NCBI GenBank assembly: GCA_903835555.1
Contig: CAILNN010000247.1
Coordinates: 1 to 60,401, forward strand
Direction of reading: 5' to 3'
DNA: 60,401 nucleotides
DNA from: an uncultured Verrucomicrobiota bacterium
GTDB lineage: Bacteria; Verrucomicrobiota; Verrucomicrobiia; Limisphaerales; UBA9464
Each line of letters opens with the position of its first letter. The stretch's first letter is position 1. The notes beneath the pieces were generated by a model, which ran no database searches, had not been told where the DNA came from, and was given only the letters and a program-made list of their open reading frames with translations. Both the position numbers and the translations under genes were made by a program. Shown piece by piece: positions 48,069 to 58,584 of the stretch.

Positions 48069-49568
48069 ATGCTGTTCAATTCCTGGCAGTTTATTTTTTG
48101 CTTTCTGCCCGTTACATTTTTCGGGTTTCTGCTTCTGGGGCGGCGAAATCCGGGCCGCGCGGCGGCATGGTTGGCCGCAGCTTCTCTCTTTTTCTACGGC
48201 TGGTGGAGTCCTTCAGCACTCCCGCTGCTGGTGCTGTCAGCATGCGTCAATTACCTTTTTGGACGGCGATTGTCATCGTTTCCGCCTTCCGACCCGGGGC
48301 CTGGCCGGTGGACTCTGCTTTTGGGTCTGGCTCTTAACCTATCCGTCCTGGCCTACTTTAAATACGCCAACTTCATCATCGAAAATGCGAGCCTGATCCT
48401 CCCCGGCCAAAATCCGTCAGGCAAGTCTCCGCTGAATATCATTCTTCCCATAGGCATCTCATTCTTCACCTTCACGCAGATTGCCTTTCTGGTTGATTGC
48501 TGGCAAGGCAAGGCCAAGGAGGCAAAGTTTGTCCACTACCTGCTGTTCGTCACCTATTTCCCGCATCTGATCGCCGGACCGGTTTTGCATCATGGTCAAA
48601 TGATGCCTCAGTTTTCCAATCCCCGGGTCTATCGCCTGGATCTCGCCAAAGTTTTTGATGGTCTGACAATCTTTACGCTTGGATTAGCCAAGAAATTGAT
48701 TCTTGCGGATGGATTGGCCGATTTCGTGCGTTTGGGGTTTTCAGCGGCGCGACGGGGCGAAACCATACATTTTTTTGACGGGTGGTTCACCGTTCTATCG
48801 TACACTCTCCAAATTTATTTTGATTTTTCAGGCTACTCAGATATGGCAATCGGATTGTCCCTGTTGTTTGGGATTGAACTTCCGGTGAATTTTAATTCCC
48901 CGTACAAGGCCACCAGCATCATCGATTTTTGGCGGCGATGGCATATCTCCCTCTCCACATTTCTTCGGGACTATCTCTATATACCCTTGGGAGGGAATCG
49001 GTTGGGTGAATTCCGACGCTACCTTAACCTGCTGCTGACCATGGTGTTGGGGGGCCTCTGGCACGGGGCCAGCTGGAACTTTATCCTTTGGGGAGCAGTT
49101 CACGGACTGCTTCTATCCATCAACCACCTATGGAGGGACTTCGTGGGATTGGGGCGCGGCGAAGGGACCCTCGGCAAATGGATTGGCCAAATCCTCACGC
49201 TAATCGCCGTCGCCGCCGCTTGGGTGTTGTTTCGGGCCGACAACCTCTCCGCTTCACTGAATATCTATCGGGGAATGTTAGGAATGAGGGGATTTGTGCT
49301 TCCCGACCAAATTGCAGCCATGATCCCGCACGGAAGGCAGTTATTTGATACCGTGGGCAATCTTCAGGGGCTGGGTGCGGGTACTGTCATGGGCGTCATC
49401 GAACAGACAGCTCTCCTGACGGGCGGCCTACTCATTTGCCTTTTTGCACCCCAGATTAGGCAGCTCAGCACCAGAACCCGCTTGATCTTGATAGGAACCA
49501 GTTCCGGATTCCTGGTCCAGGCTATTTTCTTTACGGTTCCGAAGGAATTTATGTACTTCCAGTTCTAG
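48069..49568 (+). CDS. MBOAT O-acyltransferase (AlgI/PatA-like)
   Basis: Start moved to MLFNS; LPIGISFFTF, IYFDFSGYSDMA, FWRRWHISLS, GLWHGA, FMYFQF. Confidence 0.94.
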   Translation: MLFNSWQFIFCFLPVTFFGFLLLGRRNPGRAAAWLAAASLFFYGWWSPSALPLLVLSACVNYLFGRRLSSFPPSDPGPGRWTLLLGLALNLSVLAYFKYANFIIENASLILPGQNPSGKSPLNIILPIGISFFTFTQIAFLVDCWQGKAKEAKFVHYLLFVTYFPHLIAGPVLHHGQMMPQFSNPRVYRLDLAKVFDGLTIFTLGLAKKLILADGLADFVRLGFSAARRGETIHFFDGWFTVLSYTLQIYFDFSGYSDMAIGLSLLFGIELPVNFNSPYKATSIIDFWRRWHISLSTFLRDYLYIPLGGNRLGEFRRYLNLLLTMVLGGLWHGASWNFILWGAVHGLLLSINHLWRDFVGLGRGEGTLGKWIGQILTLIAVAAAWVLFRADNLSASLNIYRGMLGMRGFVLPDQIAAMIPHGRQLFDTVGNLQGLGAGTVMGVIEQTALLTGGLLICLFAPQIRQLSTRTRLILIGTSSGFLVQAIFFTVPKEFMYFQF

Positions 49569-49569
49569 T

Positions 49570-50544
49570 ATGCGGAACGTTGTTCAATTGGCAGCCTCGA
49601 TCCTGATTGGACTCATCGGCTACGTCGTGCTCTTTACGTCCATCGTTCACCGCCCGATGACGATCGATTCCCTCGGGGTCTATTTGGACCGGAAATCCGA
49701 GCTACTGAAATCAGTCCCCGGACGCCGAATCCTGGTGCTGGCCGGGTCCAACGGACGGTTTTCACATAGCTGCGAAGAGTTGGAACGAGCGACTGGTATT
49801 CCGGCAATCAACCTTTCGATTAACGCGGAGATATCGCTTGCCTACCAATTTAGCCGCTATCTGCCCCTGATGCACCCGGGCGATGTTCTCTACCTTCCCC
49901 TTGAATATAGATCCCGCAGTTTCCCGAAGGTGGATTGGGTAGGGGTGGAATCCAACTACTTGATATACAACCATGGGTGGGAGATTTTCCACCTCTATTC
50001 GCCCGTGGGCGTACTACACAGTCTGTTCAATTTCGACATCCGATATCTTATATCCTCGATTGGAGAGATGACGCTGAACCGTTTGGGGGTCCAGCGAAGA
50101 TTCAACCTTGGGACGTTGAATAAAAATGGTGACGAATTTGGGCACACCGCAAGCAAAGCGGCTCCGTACAAATTCATGGTAGCCAGTATAGGCCATGATG
50201 GGGCCGACCCTCGAGTTTACGAAGATGTCTCCTACTGGCAGGACCTTGGCAAAGGTCTTGATGCGGCGCGTAAAGTCGGGGTTATCTGCGTCGGAGGGCT
50301 TCCAACCACTTTCGATGATTTTCGCAATCCAAGGATTGCCGTCGATTTCCTCAACGCGTTCTATCGGGAGCACAAAGCCTGCTTTGTGGTTCTTCCAAAC
50401 CAGAGTCTATACCCCCGTGACTACTTCTACGACACCAACTATCATTTACAGGAGGAACACCAGCGGGAGCATACTCGACTTCTGGCTCCGATGCTGGGCG
50501 ATATCTTCAGACAAGGGGGATGTCCCGGTGTGAGCGAACGGTGA
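49570..50544 (+). CDS. periplasmic SGNH-like partner of the MBOAT (AlgJ/DltD-like)
   Basis: N-terminal TM, LAGSNG, late FYDTNYHL (DxxH-type); starts 1 nt after the MBOAT stop. Confidence 0.7.
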   Translation: MRNVVQLAASILIGLIGYVVLFTSIVHRPMTIDSLGVYLDRKSELLKSVPGRRILVLAGSNGRFSHSCEELERATGIPAINLSINAEISLAYQFSRYLPLMHPGDVLYLPLEYRSRSFPKVDWVGVESNYLIYNHGWEIFHLYSPVGVLHSLFNFDIRYLISSIGEMTLNRLGVQRRFNLGTLNKNGDEFGHTASKAAPYKFMVASIGHDGADPRVYEDVSYWQDLGKGLDAARKVGVICVGGLPTTFDDFRNPRIAVDFLNAFYREHKACFVVLPNQSLYPRDYFYDTNYHLQEEHQREHTRLLAPMLGDIFRQGGCPGVSER

Positions 50545-50588
50545 AAACGCATCCGAACTTAGACGCCCGCCAACTTCAATTTGACGTT

Positions 50589-51347
50589 ATGCCACTTCCA
50601 ACCCCAACCCCGCGCCGTTTTTTGCAGCTTCTTGCGCTGACAGCCATCTTCCTCACTGCTAGCTTGGGAGCCTGGGCTTGGTTCCATTTCAATCCTCGCT
50701 CCTATCCGGTGTCCTTCCGCTTCGAAATTCGCACCAATTTGGCCGGTTATACCTTTAATCCCGAGCCAATTTCGTCCGAGGCCATCGAGATTCTTTCCAC
50801 CACAAACGTATTCAACGGTGCTTTTCTTCGGGATCACCGCGACCGATTCACTGTGTTTGCCGGTGAGTGGCTTGGGCGGAATGCGAGAGAGATGTCGGTG
50901 GTTCAGCATACGCCGGATATATGCTGGGTAAGCGCGGGTGCCAAACCGGTCGATTTGGGACAGCCTGAAACAACGGAGATAGACTTTGATGGAGAGAAGA
51001 TAACCTTCGAATGCCGGGTTTTTAAGATGGGAGCCGATTCCCCCCCGGAATTGACCATTTGGTGCGCTTTGGCTTCAGGCCAGGTCATCACAGAAGGTGG
51101 CCGTTTCAGCGGGAGCAGTGAAAACGAATGGGAGAGGAAGTCAACGATGATGCACTTTAACCGAATTCGATCGTTAAATGTGTTTCTGCAAGCCGTAAAA
51201 AGGCGCATTCCCAGCGATGGCTCAAAACAGTTCGCCCGCCTCTCGACATCTGTCGATGGAGATTGGCGTATTTCACTGGCGAGACTCAAGGATTTCACCA
51301 GGAACTGGATCAAGGTGGAATTGAAAAAATCGCCCACCGGTTCTTGA
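50589..51347 (+). CDS. exosortase-associated EpsI-like protein
   Basis: N-terminal TM and the HTPDICW (HxPxxC) motif; start could be GTG 50541. Confidence 0.7.
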   Translation: MPLPTPTPRRFLQLLALTAIFLTASLGAWAWFHFNPRSYPVSFRFEIRTNLAGYTFNPEPISSEAIEILSTTNVFNGAFLRDHRDRFTVFAGEWLGRNAREMSVVQHTPDICWVSAGAKPVDLGQPETTEIDFDGEKITFECRVFKMGADSPPELTIWCALASGQVITEGGRFSGSSENEWERKSTMMHFNRIRSLNVFLQAVKRRIPSDGSKQFARLSTSVDGDWRISLARLKDFTRNWIKVELKKSPTGS

Positions 51348-51406
51348 GCTGATTTCGGGAGTTGCCGAAGGGCTCTCTGGCGCAAACAACGGATTCCCAA
51401 CTTACC

Positions 51407-51979
51407 ATGACTACCCTATTATCGTCCCAACTGACTGATTTGATAGCGACTGCCGAACGGTTTCGCAACCTTCTTCCCGAGGTCGAGGCAGCCGGTCTAT
51501 TGATCCGCGATGCTCTCAAGGCAGGTGGAAAGCTCCTGACTGCAGGAAACGGCGGAAGTGCCGCAGACGCCCTCCATTTATCCGAGGAACTCGTTGGGAG
51601 ATTTGACAAGGAAAGGCCCTCCCTCCCAGCCATATGCCTCAGTGCTGATCCGACACTCCTCACCTGCATTGGCAACGATTATGGTTATGATCATCTGTTT
51701 TCCCGCCAGGTGCAGGGGTTAGGCAGGGAGGGCGATGTTCTGGTTGTTTTCACTACCAGCGGCAATTCCCAAAACCTTGTGCTTGCGTTGGAGAGCGCCA
51801 AACAGAAAAAAGTTCGGACCATTGCCGTCCTCGGGAAAAGTGGCGGGCGCGCAAAAGGTTTGGCTGACCTTGAAATCATCGTACCAAGCAACGTAACGGC
51901 CCGTATCCAGGAACTTCACACGTTCGTCCTCCATAGCTGGCTAACGATTATCGAGGCAGAATATCCATCTTCCAAATGA
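51407..51979 (+). CDS. gmhA: D-sedoheptulose 7-phosphate isomerase
   Basis: GNGGSAADA, NDYGY, FSRQV, TSGNS, ARIQELH. Confidence 0.93.
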   Translation: MTTLLSSQLTDLIATAERFRNLLPEVEAAGLLIRDALKAGGKLLTAGNGGSAADALHLSEELVGRFDKERPSLPAICLSADPTLLTCIGNDYGYDHLFSRQVQGLGREGDVLVVFTTSGNSQNLVLALESAKQKKVRTIAVLGKSGGRAKGLADLEIIVPSNVTARIQELHTFVLHSWLTIIEAEYPSSK

Positions 51980-52443
51980 TACAGGGGATTCTCCACCCAC
52001 AGATTCAAGATGGTTGGCCGTGGAAGGCGGACGTCTGGTCCACCGTCTTTAATTGGCTGCTTCGATTGGACCCTAAAGTCGAAAATGGGCGATACGAGCT
52101 CCAATCTTTCAATATGTTCGCCACCATCATGGAATATGACACCATTCCGAGGAATTTGGCCAAGTTTGAAAGTCATCAGGAGTTTGTGGATCTTCATTAC
52201 ACTCTCGCCGGTCAGGAGGAAATCGATTGGCATCCCGTAGCGGGATTAACACCCGCAGGCCCCTTTGAGGAGGATCTTCAATTCTGGCTTAATCCCACTC
52301 ATGGGTGGGGCACTCTCGCCCAGATTCCGGGCCGTTTCGCAGTATTCCTCACGGATGATGCTCACCGGCCAAAGGTTTCTTCAGGTTCGAAATCGGTCAA
52401 GAAGGTGGTCGTCAAAATTCACAGGACCCACTTGTTAGTCTAG
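51976..52443 (+). CDS. YhcH/YjgK/YiaL (NanQ-like) protein
   Basis: FESHQEFVDLHY, GQEEI, FAVF...DAHRP, VKKVVVKI. Confidence 0.88.
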   Translation: MIQGILHPQIQDGWPWKADVWSTVFNWLLRLDPKVENGRYELQSFNMFATIMEYDTIPRNLAKFESHQEFVDLHYTLAGQEEIDWHPVAGLTPAGPFEEDLQFWLNPTHGWGTLAQIPGRFAVFLTDDAHRPKVSSGSKSVKKVVVKIHRTHLLV

Positions 52444-52540
52444 GGATGAAGGGTTGAGGTTCTTTTGCCAAGGCTGGTCCCAGGGATCGAAAAGACTCGG
52501 GTACCATCGCATCCCTGCCAATCCGACGAAAAATGCGATC

Positions 52541-53905
52541 ATGAAATCAGCCAGTAGCATTAGTTTTCCCATGGGAATCGACTTGACGGCCCGGATTCGG
52601 GCACTGCTGCTGGGTAAGCCAGCACTTGGCAACTTTCTCTGGCTGGCATCGGATCGGGGAATACGGATGGTGCTTCAAATGGTTGTCGGGGCGTGGAGTG
52701 CCAGGTACTTGGGGACCGATAATTTCGGATTGCTTAATTTCGCGATGCCGATCATCGCGATTTTCAGTGTCATTTGTCCATTGGGGATGGAGGGCCTAGC
52801 AGTTAGACAAATCATCCTCGAGCCATCGGCAGCGGGTTGTTGGCTGGGAACCGTTATCGGGTTCAGGGCCATAGCCGCCACGCTCTTTGCTATTCTGGCT
52901 GCAATCTCCAGCGTTGTGATCAGGCCGGGGGATGGTGCCTCGTTGATGATTACGATCATCTTTGCCGCAGGCATGGCCTTTCAATCGCTCGAATCAGGTG
53001 AACTCTATTTTCAGGCCAGGACCGAAATGCGCCGACTCATTGTCCCGCGTTTATCCATTTGCTTCCTGATCAACCTCGTCAAGGTGGGATTTATCTTGTC
53101 CGGGATGTCCGTCTTCTGGTTTGCCTTTCTGACGGCTGCTGAACAGGCTTTTAGCGGGTTTGTCACGGTTTATGTGTTGCGGCGTGCATTGGGAACTGAC
53201 CACAAATTGCGCTTCGATTTCTCCCGTGGATTACGCCTCCTTCGAGAATGTTGGCCGCTGATTATTTCTGCACTCACAGTCATCATCTATATGAAATCGG
53301 CCCAGCTCGTGCTGAACAGCCGCATGTCCAATCGCCAACTCGGTATTTATGCGGCGGCAATCCGCATACCGGAAAGTCTCGGTTTCCTTCCTGCCATACT
53401 CGCTTCCTCTCTCCTTCCCGGATTGCTTCGCAGTTACGCACTCGGCAGCGCGGCCTATGAATCGGCACTCTTGCGATACATCCGGGTCAATGCATTGGTT
53501 GCCTATGCCTGCTGTCTTCCCATTTCTTTGTTCGCCTACGCACTCATTCGTGTTCTTTTCGGTTCTGATTATCACGACGCCAGTCCGATTATGATGGTAT
53601 ACATCTGGTATTTACTGTTCGCCTTCCTGGGGGTCGCCCGCGCCCAACATCTTTTGAATCTGCGTCTGACACGAATCTCGTTGCTGTTCAGTGTTGTCGG
53701 TCTCATTTGCAATCTGGGTCTGAATCTATGGTTGATCAATTTGCACGGTGCCCTGGGATCAGCCTACGCCACGGTCCTATCCCAGGCGATCAGCGCTGTC
53801 TTCGTAACCATCCTGCTGCCGATCACACGGCCTGTTGGGCGACTTCAACTACTAGCCATGCTGACTCCGTGGCGTGCATTCAGCAGGCCCAAATCCGCAG
53901 CCTGA
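52541..53905 (+). CDS. Wzx-type flippase
   Basis: NFLWL, ARYLG...FG, LGIYAAA; about 12 TM segments; start uncertain (52541 or 52571). Confidence 0.9.
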   Translation: MKSASSISFPMGIDLTARIRALLLGKPALGNFLWLASDRGIRMVLQMVVGAWSARYLGTDNFGLLNFAMPIIAIFSVICPLGMEGLAVRQIILEPSAAGCWLGTVIGFRAIAATLFAILAAISSVVIRPGDGASLMITIIFAAGMAFQSLESGELYFQARTEMRRLIVPRLSICFLINLVKVGFILSGMSVFWFAFLTAAEQAFSGFVTVYVLRRALGTDHKLRFDFSRGLRLLRECWPLIISALTVIIYMKSAQLVLNSRMSNRQLGIYAAAIRIPESLGFLPAILASSLLPGLLRSYALGSAAYESALLRYIRVNALVAYACCLPISLFAYALIRVLFGSDYHDASPIMMVYIWYLLFAFLGVARAQHLLNLRLTRISLLFSVVGLICNLGLNLWLINLHGALGSAYATVLSQAISAVFVTILLPITRPVGRLQLLAMLTPWRAFSRPKSAA

Positions 53906-53923
53906 AGGCGAATTCCCCCACCC

Positions 53924-55045
53924 ATGAAATGGAATGCTCCAGCAAAGTGGGCGTTTTATCGCTGGCTTTCGCGTCGGCGACGGCCTACGGCGTCCCCGTA
54001 TCGCCCCGTTGGCATCTACAAGGCGGATCGGCTGGGAGATTTTGTTCTGGCGCTGGGGGCCATTCGTCAAATCGTAGACAGAGAGGGGACCGAAAACTGC
54101 GTACTCATTATTGCTCCGTATGCCCGGGAAATCGCCAGACATGAATTCCCGGAGATTGAGCAGGCTGTTGTTGAGCCTTGGCACGCAAACCTTGGGGCTC
54201 TTCTGCGCTATTGCCAGACTCATTCCAATGAGCGCATTTTTGCGGAGGGCGTAGGCAAATTGATCTGCCTTCGGCATAACCGGCTTTTCTCTGAAAATGT
54301 TGTATGTGGCCGAATTCCCGCAGGAGAAAGCTGGGCGGTGGCAAATTCGCATCTCTCACGAGAGCCGGGGCAATGGATTAGTTCGAAGCCTTGGGACCAT
54401 GAATTTCATCGGTTTGAATCCCGGAATGGTGAGACCAAGGATTTCAGCCGCCACCGGGCGGTCCTCGCTGGCTATTTCGGTTGCCCTGCCGACACCCTGG
54501 ACGTCACACCCCGGATGACGGCTCGGGCCATGCCCCTTCAATCTCATGTCGTTGTCTCCCCGTTTGGGAGCGCCGTTGTTCGAGACTTTCCAGTCAACCT
54601 TCTGGCCGCCGCCGGTCGACATGTCTGGAATCGATTTCAATGGCGGCTAAGGCTTCTTTCCCCCCCCGGTGATGAAACTCGTTATCGCGATTTGATCGCC
54701 CAGTTGGGGCAACTGGGTGTACCCGCTGTCGAGTTATCGACTTGTCGCTCCATTTCAAACTTGATTGATTCCATTTTTGAATCGCGTCTTGTTCTATCGG
54801 TGGAAACGGCCACTGCGCACATCGCCGCCGCCCTCGATAAACCAATGGTGGCACTTTTAGGCGGTGGTCATTACGGCTGGTTTGCACCTTGGCGAAGAAC
54901 CCAACGCCAGGAATGGGTCAGCCACAAAGTGGTTTGCTACCATTGCAACTGGGAATGCATTCATCCTGAGCCAATCTGTCTCACCAGAATCCCGGAGGCT
55001 GAGTTAACGGCGAGTATTTCTGCAGTCCTTGCCGCTGCGATTTGA
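53924..55045 (+). CDS. GT9 (heptosyltransferase-like) glycosyltransferase
   Basis: DRLGDFVL, ETATAHIAAALDKPMVALLGGGH, C-terminal CYHC...C...C. Confidence 0.85.
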   Translation: MKWNAPAKWAFYRWLSRRRRPTASPYRPVGIYKADRLGDFVLALGAIRQIVDREGTENCVLIIAPYAREIARHEFPEIEQAVVEPWHANLGALLRYCQTHSNERIFAEGVGKLICLRHNRLFSENVVCGRIPAGESWAVANSHLSREPGQWISSKPWDHEFHRFESRNGETKDFSRHRAVLAGYFGCPADTLDVTPRMTARAMPLQSHVVVSPFGSAVVRDFPVNLLAAAGRHVWNRFQWRLRLLSPPGDETRYRDLIAQLGQLGVPAVELSTCRSISNLIDSIFESRLVLSVETATAHIAAALDKPMVALLGGGHYGWFAPWRRTQRQEWVSHKVVCYHCNWECIHPEPICLTRIPEAELTASISAVLAAAI

Positions 55046-55057
55046 GCTCGAATTTTC

Positions 55058-55843
55058 ATGAGAATTAGTGTTGTCACCCCGGTGCTCAACGGAGCAAAGA
55101 CGATCGCTCGCACCCTCGAATCCCTGGCGATTCAGCGCGCGGATTTCGAACATATCGTCATGGATGCCGGAAGTAAGGATTCAACCCGGGAAATCGTTGA
55201 AAGTTACCAGGGCCGTTATTCGGTCAAGTGGTATCAACAAAAGGATCGATGTCTCCCCGAGGGGGTTTGGAATGGCATGCAACACGCCCAGGGAGACATT
55301 CTTTGCTATCTAAACGCGGACGACCAATACCTCCCCTGGACTCTTGCCACTGTCCAATCCATTTTCGCTACCTACCCGGAAGTGGAATGGATTACCGGAA
55401 TTCCAAACCTCTATTCTGAGAAGTTGGGTATTGCCGAACTCTCGCCTGTCATCCCCATTTTCCCACGTCGTTGGATTCAGCGGGGCTGGTTTTCTCCCGG
55501 TTGCATGGGGGCGATTCAGCAGGAATCCGTATTCTGGCGTAGATCCCTTTGGTCTCGCAGCCGACCGGAGGAAATCCTCTTGAAATACCAGGATGCCGGT
55601 GATTTCAATCTCTGGCGTCGATTCGCCGAATCAGCCAGCCTGAGGACGGTTAACGCAGTCTTGGCCGCCTTCACTGTCTCTGCGGGACAATTGTCATGGG
55701 TTCGGCGCGAGCATTATTTGAAGGAATGCGGACTGGCACCACATCAAACCAACCGCCCTGCATGGGCTCGGGTGGCCTTCCGGATGGCCTGCGTGCTGGG
55801 TCAGGGCCGGGTTCTGAGGGTGCCTGGCATCAGTAACGGGTAG
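55058..55843 (+). CDS. GT2 glycosyltransferase
   Basis: ISVVTPVLN, IVMDAGSKD, YLNADD, IQQESVFWRR. Confidence 0.92.
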   Translation: MRISVVTPVLNGAKTIARTLESLAIQRADFEHIVMDAGSKDSTREIVESYQGRYSVKWYQQKDRCLPEGVWNGMQHAQGDILCYLNADDQYLPWTLATVQSIFATYPEVEWITGIPNLYSEKLGIAELSPVIPIFPRRWIQRGWFSPGCMGAIQQESVFWRRSLWSRSRPEEILLKYQDAGDFNLWRRFAESASLRTVNAVLAAFTVSAGQLSWVRREHYLKECGLAPHQTNRPAWARVAFRMACVLGQGRVLRVPGISNG

Positions 55844-55941
55844 GTGCCTTACGCTTCGAAACTGACGGAGATGGAATAGTGAGAGCGGCCGAGTTGGCGT
55901 GGCGTAGGCAAATTGAGTTCAAACCAAAACCATAGGACAAC

Positions 55942-57237
55942 GTGTCGATATTTATCAGAGTTGGGTTATTGTTCCTTCCATTCGCTTGGTTGATCACCGG
56001 CGGAATCTACGACCGATACATGCTGTTCTTGGGTTCCGCAGGAGTCCTTTTTACGGTGGTGCATATCAAGAAACTACGTTCCCTGACATCGTGCTGGCCT
56101 TCCATTCTGGGAACTATCATCTGGATCGCGGCGTCCGTCATGTTCAGTTGGCAGGAGGAGGATAACATCTACCCGAACAAATCGGCCTTCTTTGGCTGCG
56201 CCTATGGGTTGGGGGCGGGCATTTGTCTGGCCCATTATTACCGGATGAACCGCCCGGATTGGACGTTGTCAGCCTACCTCGCAGTCGGTCTGGGACTTGT
56301 AATTCTGGCGGTTTATGTCCTACGGGTTGGAAATGTCGAGATTGAGGCCAGTGTCGAGAACGGCAACGCTGTTCGAAGCCTGAAGGATACGGATGCGGTT
56401 CAATACCTGCGTTTCTTCACCATCGGCAATCCGATGATCTGGCTGGTCCCTTATATCACCTTTGGTATGGGCTTCCCATTATTGCTCCTTTTTCCAGTCC
56501 GTTGGTTTCATTATCCTTTTATCCTTGTCGCTGCGGCGGGCGGGCTCCTCGTGACGCTCAAGTTGCAAACGCGAATGGGATTTGTCGCCGTCGCCCTCGC
56601 CTCCGCCATAGTCGGGTCGGCCATTTTCATCCACGGTAGCGGGCACATGAGGGGAGCAAGAAAATGGACAATCCTTTCCTTTCTCGGAATCCTCTTTTGC
56701 GTGGGCATCGGAGTTGCCCTTACGATTCCTGAAGTGCAATCGTTCATTGACCGGCTGCAGAGTTCCACCAGGGATTCCCGGCTGGACCTCTGGGCTGAAG
56801 CATGGTCAGCAATCTGTCAGCGACCTTTCGGGGGCGGATTTCAACTGATGGGCCTCATCGTATGGGCTCACAACCTGTTTCTGGATTTTGCCCTCATCAA
56901 TGGAATCGCCGGTTTGGCCTCGGTTCTCCTGATATACGTCCCGGCGTTATGGACGCTGGCATCCATCATCCGGATTCGCCACCTCATGAACAATCCGTTG
57001 GTTGTCATCCTGTGCAATGGCTTTCTATCCACCTTTGTGATTGCCCTGATCAATCCTCCCTTTGTCTCGTTTACCGTCTTCTGTTACATCTTTACCGGCT
57101 TTGGCATTGAATTGCTCTCCAAGAGCTCCAATCTCGTCCCAGGCATCCAATCCGACCCCGGCGCTCGGATACCGTCCGGCCGTCTGTCGCCTGTCGGCGC
57201 ATGGGAAAGAACCACTTTGGGCTCGGAATCCCATTGA
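55942..57237 (+). CDS. O-antigen ligase/polymerase (Wzy_C) family membrane protein
   Basis: Multi-TM; TRMG, SRLDLW, PFGGG, AHNLFLD. Confidence 0.85.
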   Translation: MSIFIRVGLLFLPFAWLITGGIYDRYMLFLGSAGVLFTVVHIKKLRSLTSCWPSILGTIIWIAASVMFSWQEEDNIYPNKSAFFGCAYGLGAGICLAHYYRMNRPDWTLSAYLAVGLGLVILAVYVLRVGNVEIEASVENGNAVRSLKDTDAVQYLRFFTIGNPMIWLVPYITFGMGFPLLLLFPVRWFHYPFILVAAAGGLLVTLKLQTRMGFVAVALASAIVGSAIFIHGSGHMRGARKWTILSFLGILFCVGIGVALTIPEVQSFIDRLQSSTRDSRLDLWAEAWSAICQRPFGGGFQLMGLIVWAHNLFLDFALINGIAGLASVLLIYVPALWTLASIIRIRHLMNNPLVVILCNGFLSTFVIALINPPFVSFTVFCYIFTGFGIELLSKSSNLVPGIQSDPGARIPSGRLSPVGAWERTTLGSESH

Positions 57238-58490
57238 TGCCTCCTGATCTGAACCCCATGTCGCGAAAACCGAACGAATTTATGAGTTCAGGCGAGGTCG
57301 CCAGGATCCCGGGCACGTCCTCTGGGAAGAATGGGCCGATTCGCGTGCTGCATGTGGCGGTCTCCCTGGAAAAGTCCCGCGGAGGAACGGCGCAGGCACC
57401 ATTATCCCTCTGCCGGGCACTCCGCGAGCATGGAGTCGACGCTCAAATCGCCTCAGCACTGTCGGCGGAGACTGCCGAAACGTCCCTCGCCCGAAGCTAT
57501 CCCGATATTCCGGTGCATGAATTTCCGACCAGTTTTCCCCGACGGTTTACTGGATCGGCGGGCCTGCGGAAGTGGTTGGCAAGCGAGGTTGGGAAGTTTG
57601 ATCTCGTGGAGATTCATGAGATTTTTGCGTTTCCCCCGCTCCTGGGGCGGCTCGCCTGTAATCGCGCCAAGGTTCCTTATTTATTAAATATTCACAATGC
57701 CCTCAATCCGAGGGATTTGCAGAAAAGACGATGGCTGAAGTGGATTTTTCGACGCCCATTTCTGATCCCGCTGATCCGTGACGCGAGGGGATTGAAGGCG
57801 ACCAGTCAATATGAGGTCGACACCATGGTCGAGTACGTGCGCCCGCCCGAAATTCATACGTTGCCTCTTCCGGTCGAATGTCCGATGGGAGGTGGCAATC
57901 CGAATGCTTTTCGCCAGCGTTTCAATATTCCTTCCGATGCGATCGTCGTTGGCTGTGTTGGGCGCCTGGATGGGCAGAAGGCACTTGAGGTGTTGATCGA
58001 GTCGTTTGGACGAATTCTAAAGGATTACCCAAAGGCATGGCTGCTCCTGGTCGGGCGCGGCACACCGGAGTACACCGAACGGCTTCAACAGCTCGCGGAC
58101 CAACATCAAGCGCGAGCCCGATGCACATTCACCGGATTCCTCTCGGGAGTTGACAAGAGCAGCGCCTTCCTCGCGATAGATTTGTATGCCCAGGTGTCGT
58201 GGTATGAGAATTTCTGTATTAGTGTTGCCGAAGCCATGGCGATGGGACGTCCCTGCCTGGTTTCCGATCAGGTTGGTCTCGCCTCCGACGTCCTGGCGGC
58301 GGGAGGAGGATTTATCTGCAAGACTTCGGTGACGAATGTTGTCACTGGACTCAGGACCGCCCTGGATACCCGATCGACCTGGGCCGAACTGGGGGACCGG
58401 GCTCGGAACTATTTCCTGAGGAACCTGACCATAGCGGCGACCACTCCGAAATTGATCGAAATCTATAGGAAGATCATCCAAGAGGGTTAA
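57237..58490 (+). CDS. GT4 glycosyltransferase
   Basis: RVLHV, VGRLDGQK, ENFCISVAEAMAMG (EX7E); start uncertain. Confidence 0.9.
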   Translation: MPPDLNPMSRKPNEFMSSGEVARIPGTSSGKNGPIRVLHVAVSLEKSRGGTAQAPLSLCRALREHGVDAQIASALSAETAETSLARSYPDIPVHEFPTSFPRRFTGSAGLRKWLASEVGKFDLVEIHEIFAFPPLLGRLACNRAKVPYLLNIHNALNPRDLQKRRWLKWIFRRPFLIPLIRDARGLKATSQYEVDTMVEYVRPPEIHTLPLPVECPMGGGNPNAFRQRFNIPSDAIVVGCVGRLDGQKALEVLIESFGRILKDYPKAWLLLVGRGTPEYTERLQQLADQHQARARCTFTGFLSGVDKSSAFLAIDLYAQVSWYENFCISVAEAMAMGRPCLVSDQVGLASDVLAAGGGFICKTSVTNVVTGLRTALDTRSTWAELGDRARNYFLRNLTIAATTPKLIEIYRKIIQEG

Positions 58491-58584
58491 CCATTACTCT
58501 CCTGGATCGAGTGGTGGAAACGCAGGGATCTCGCTTTTCCAAATCTATTCAAGATGCCTAACCAAAGGGTTTAAACTGTATCCC

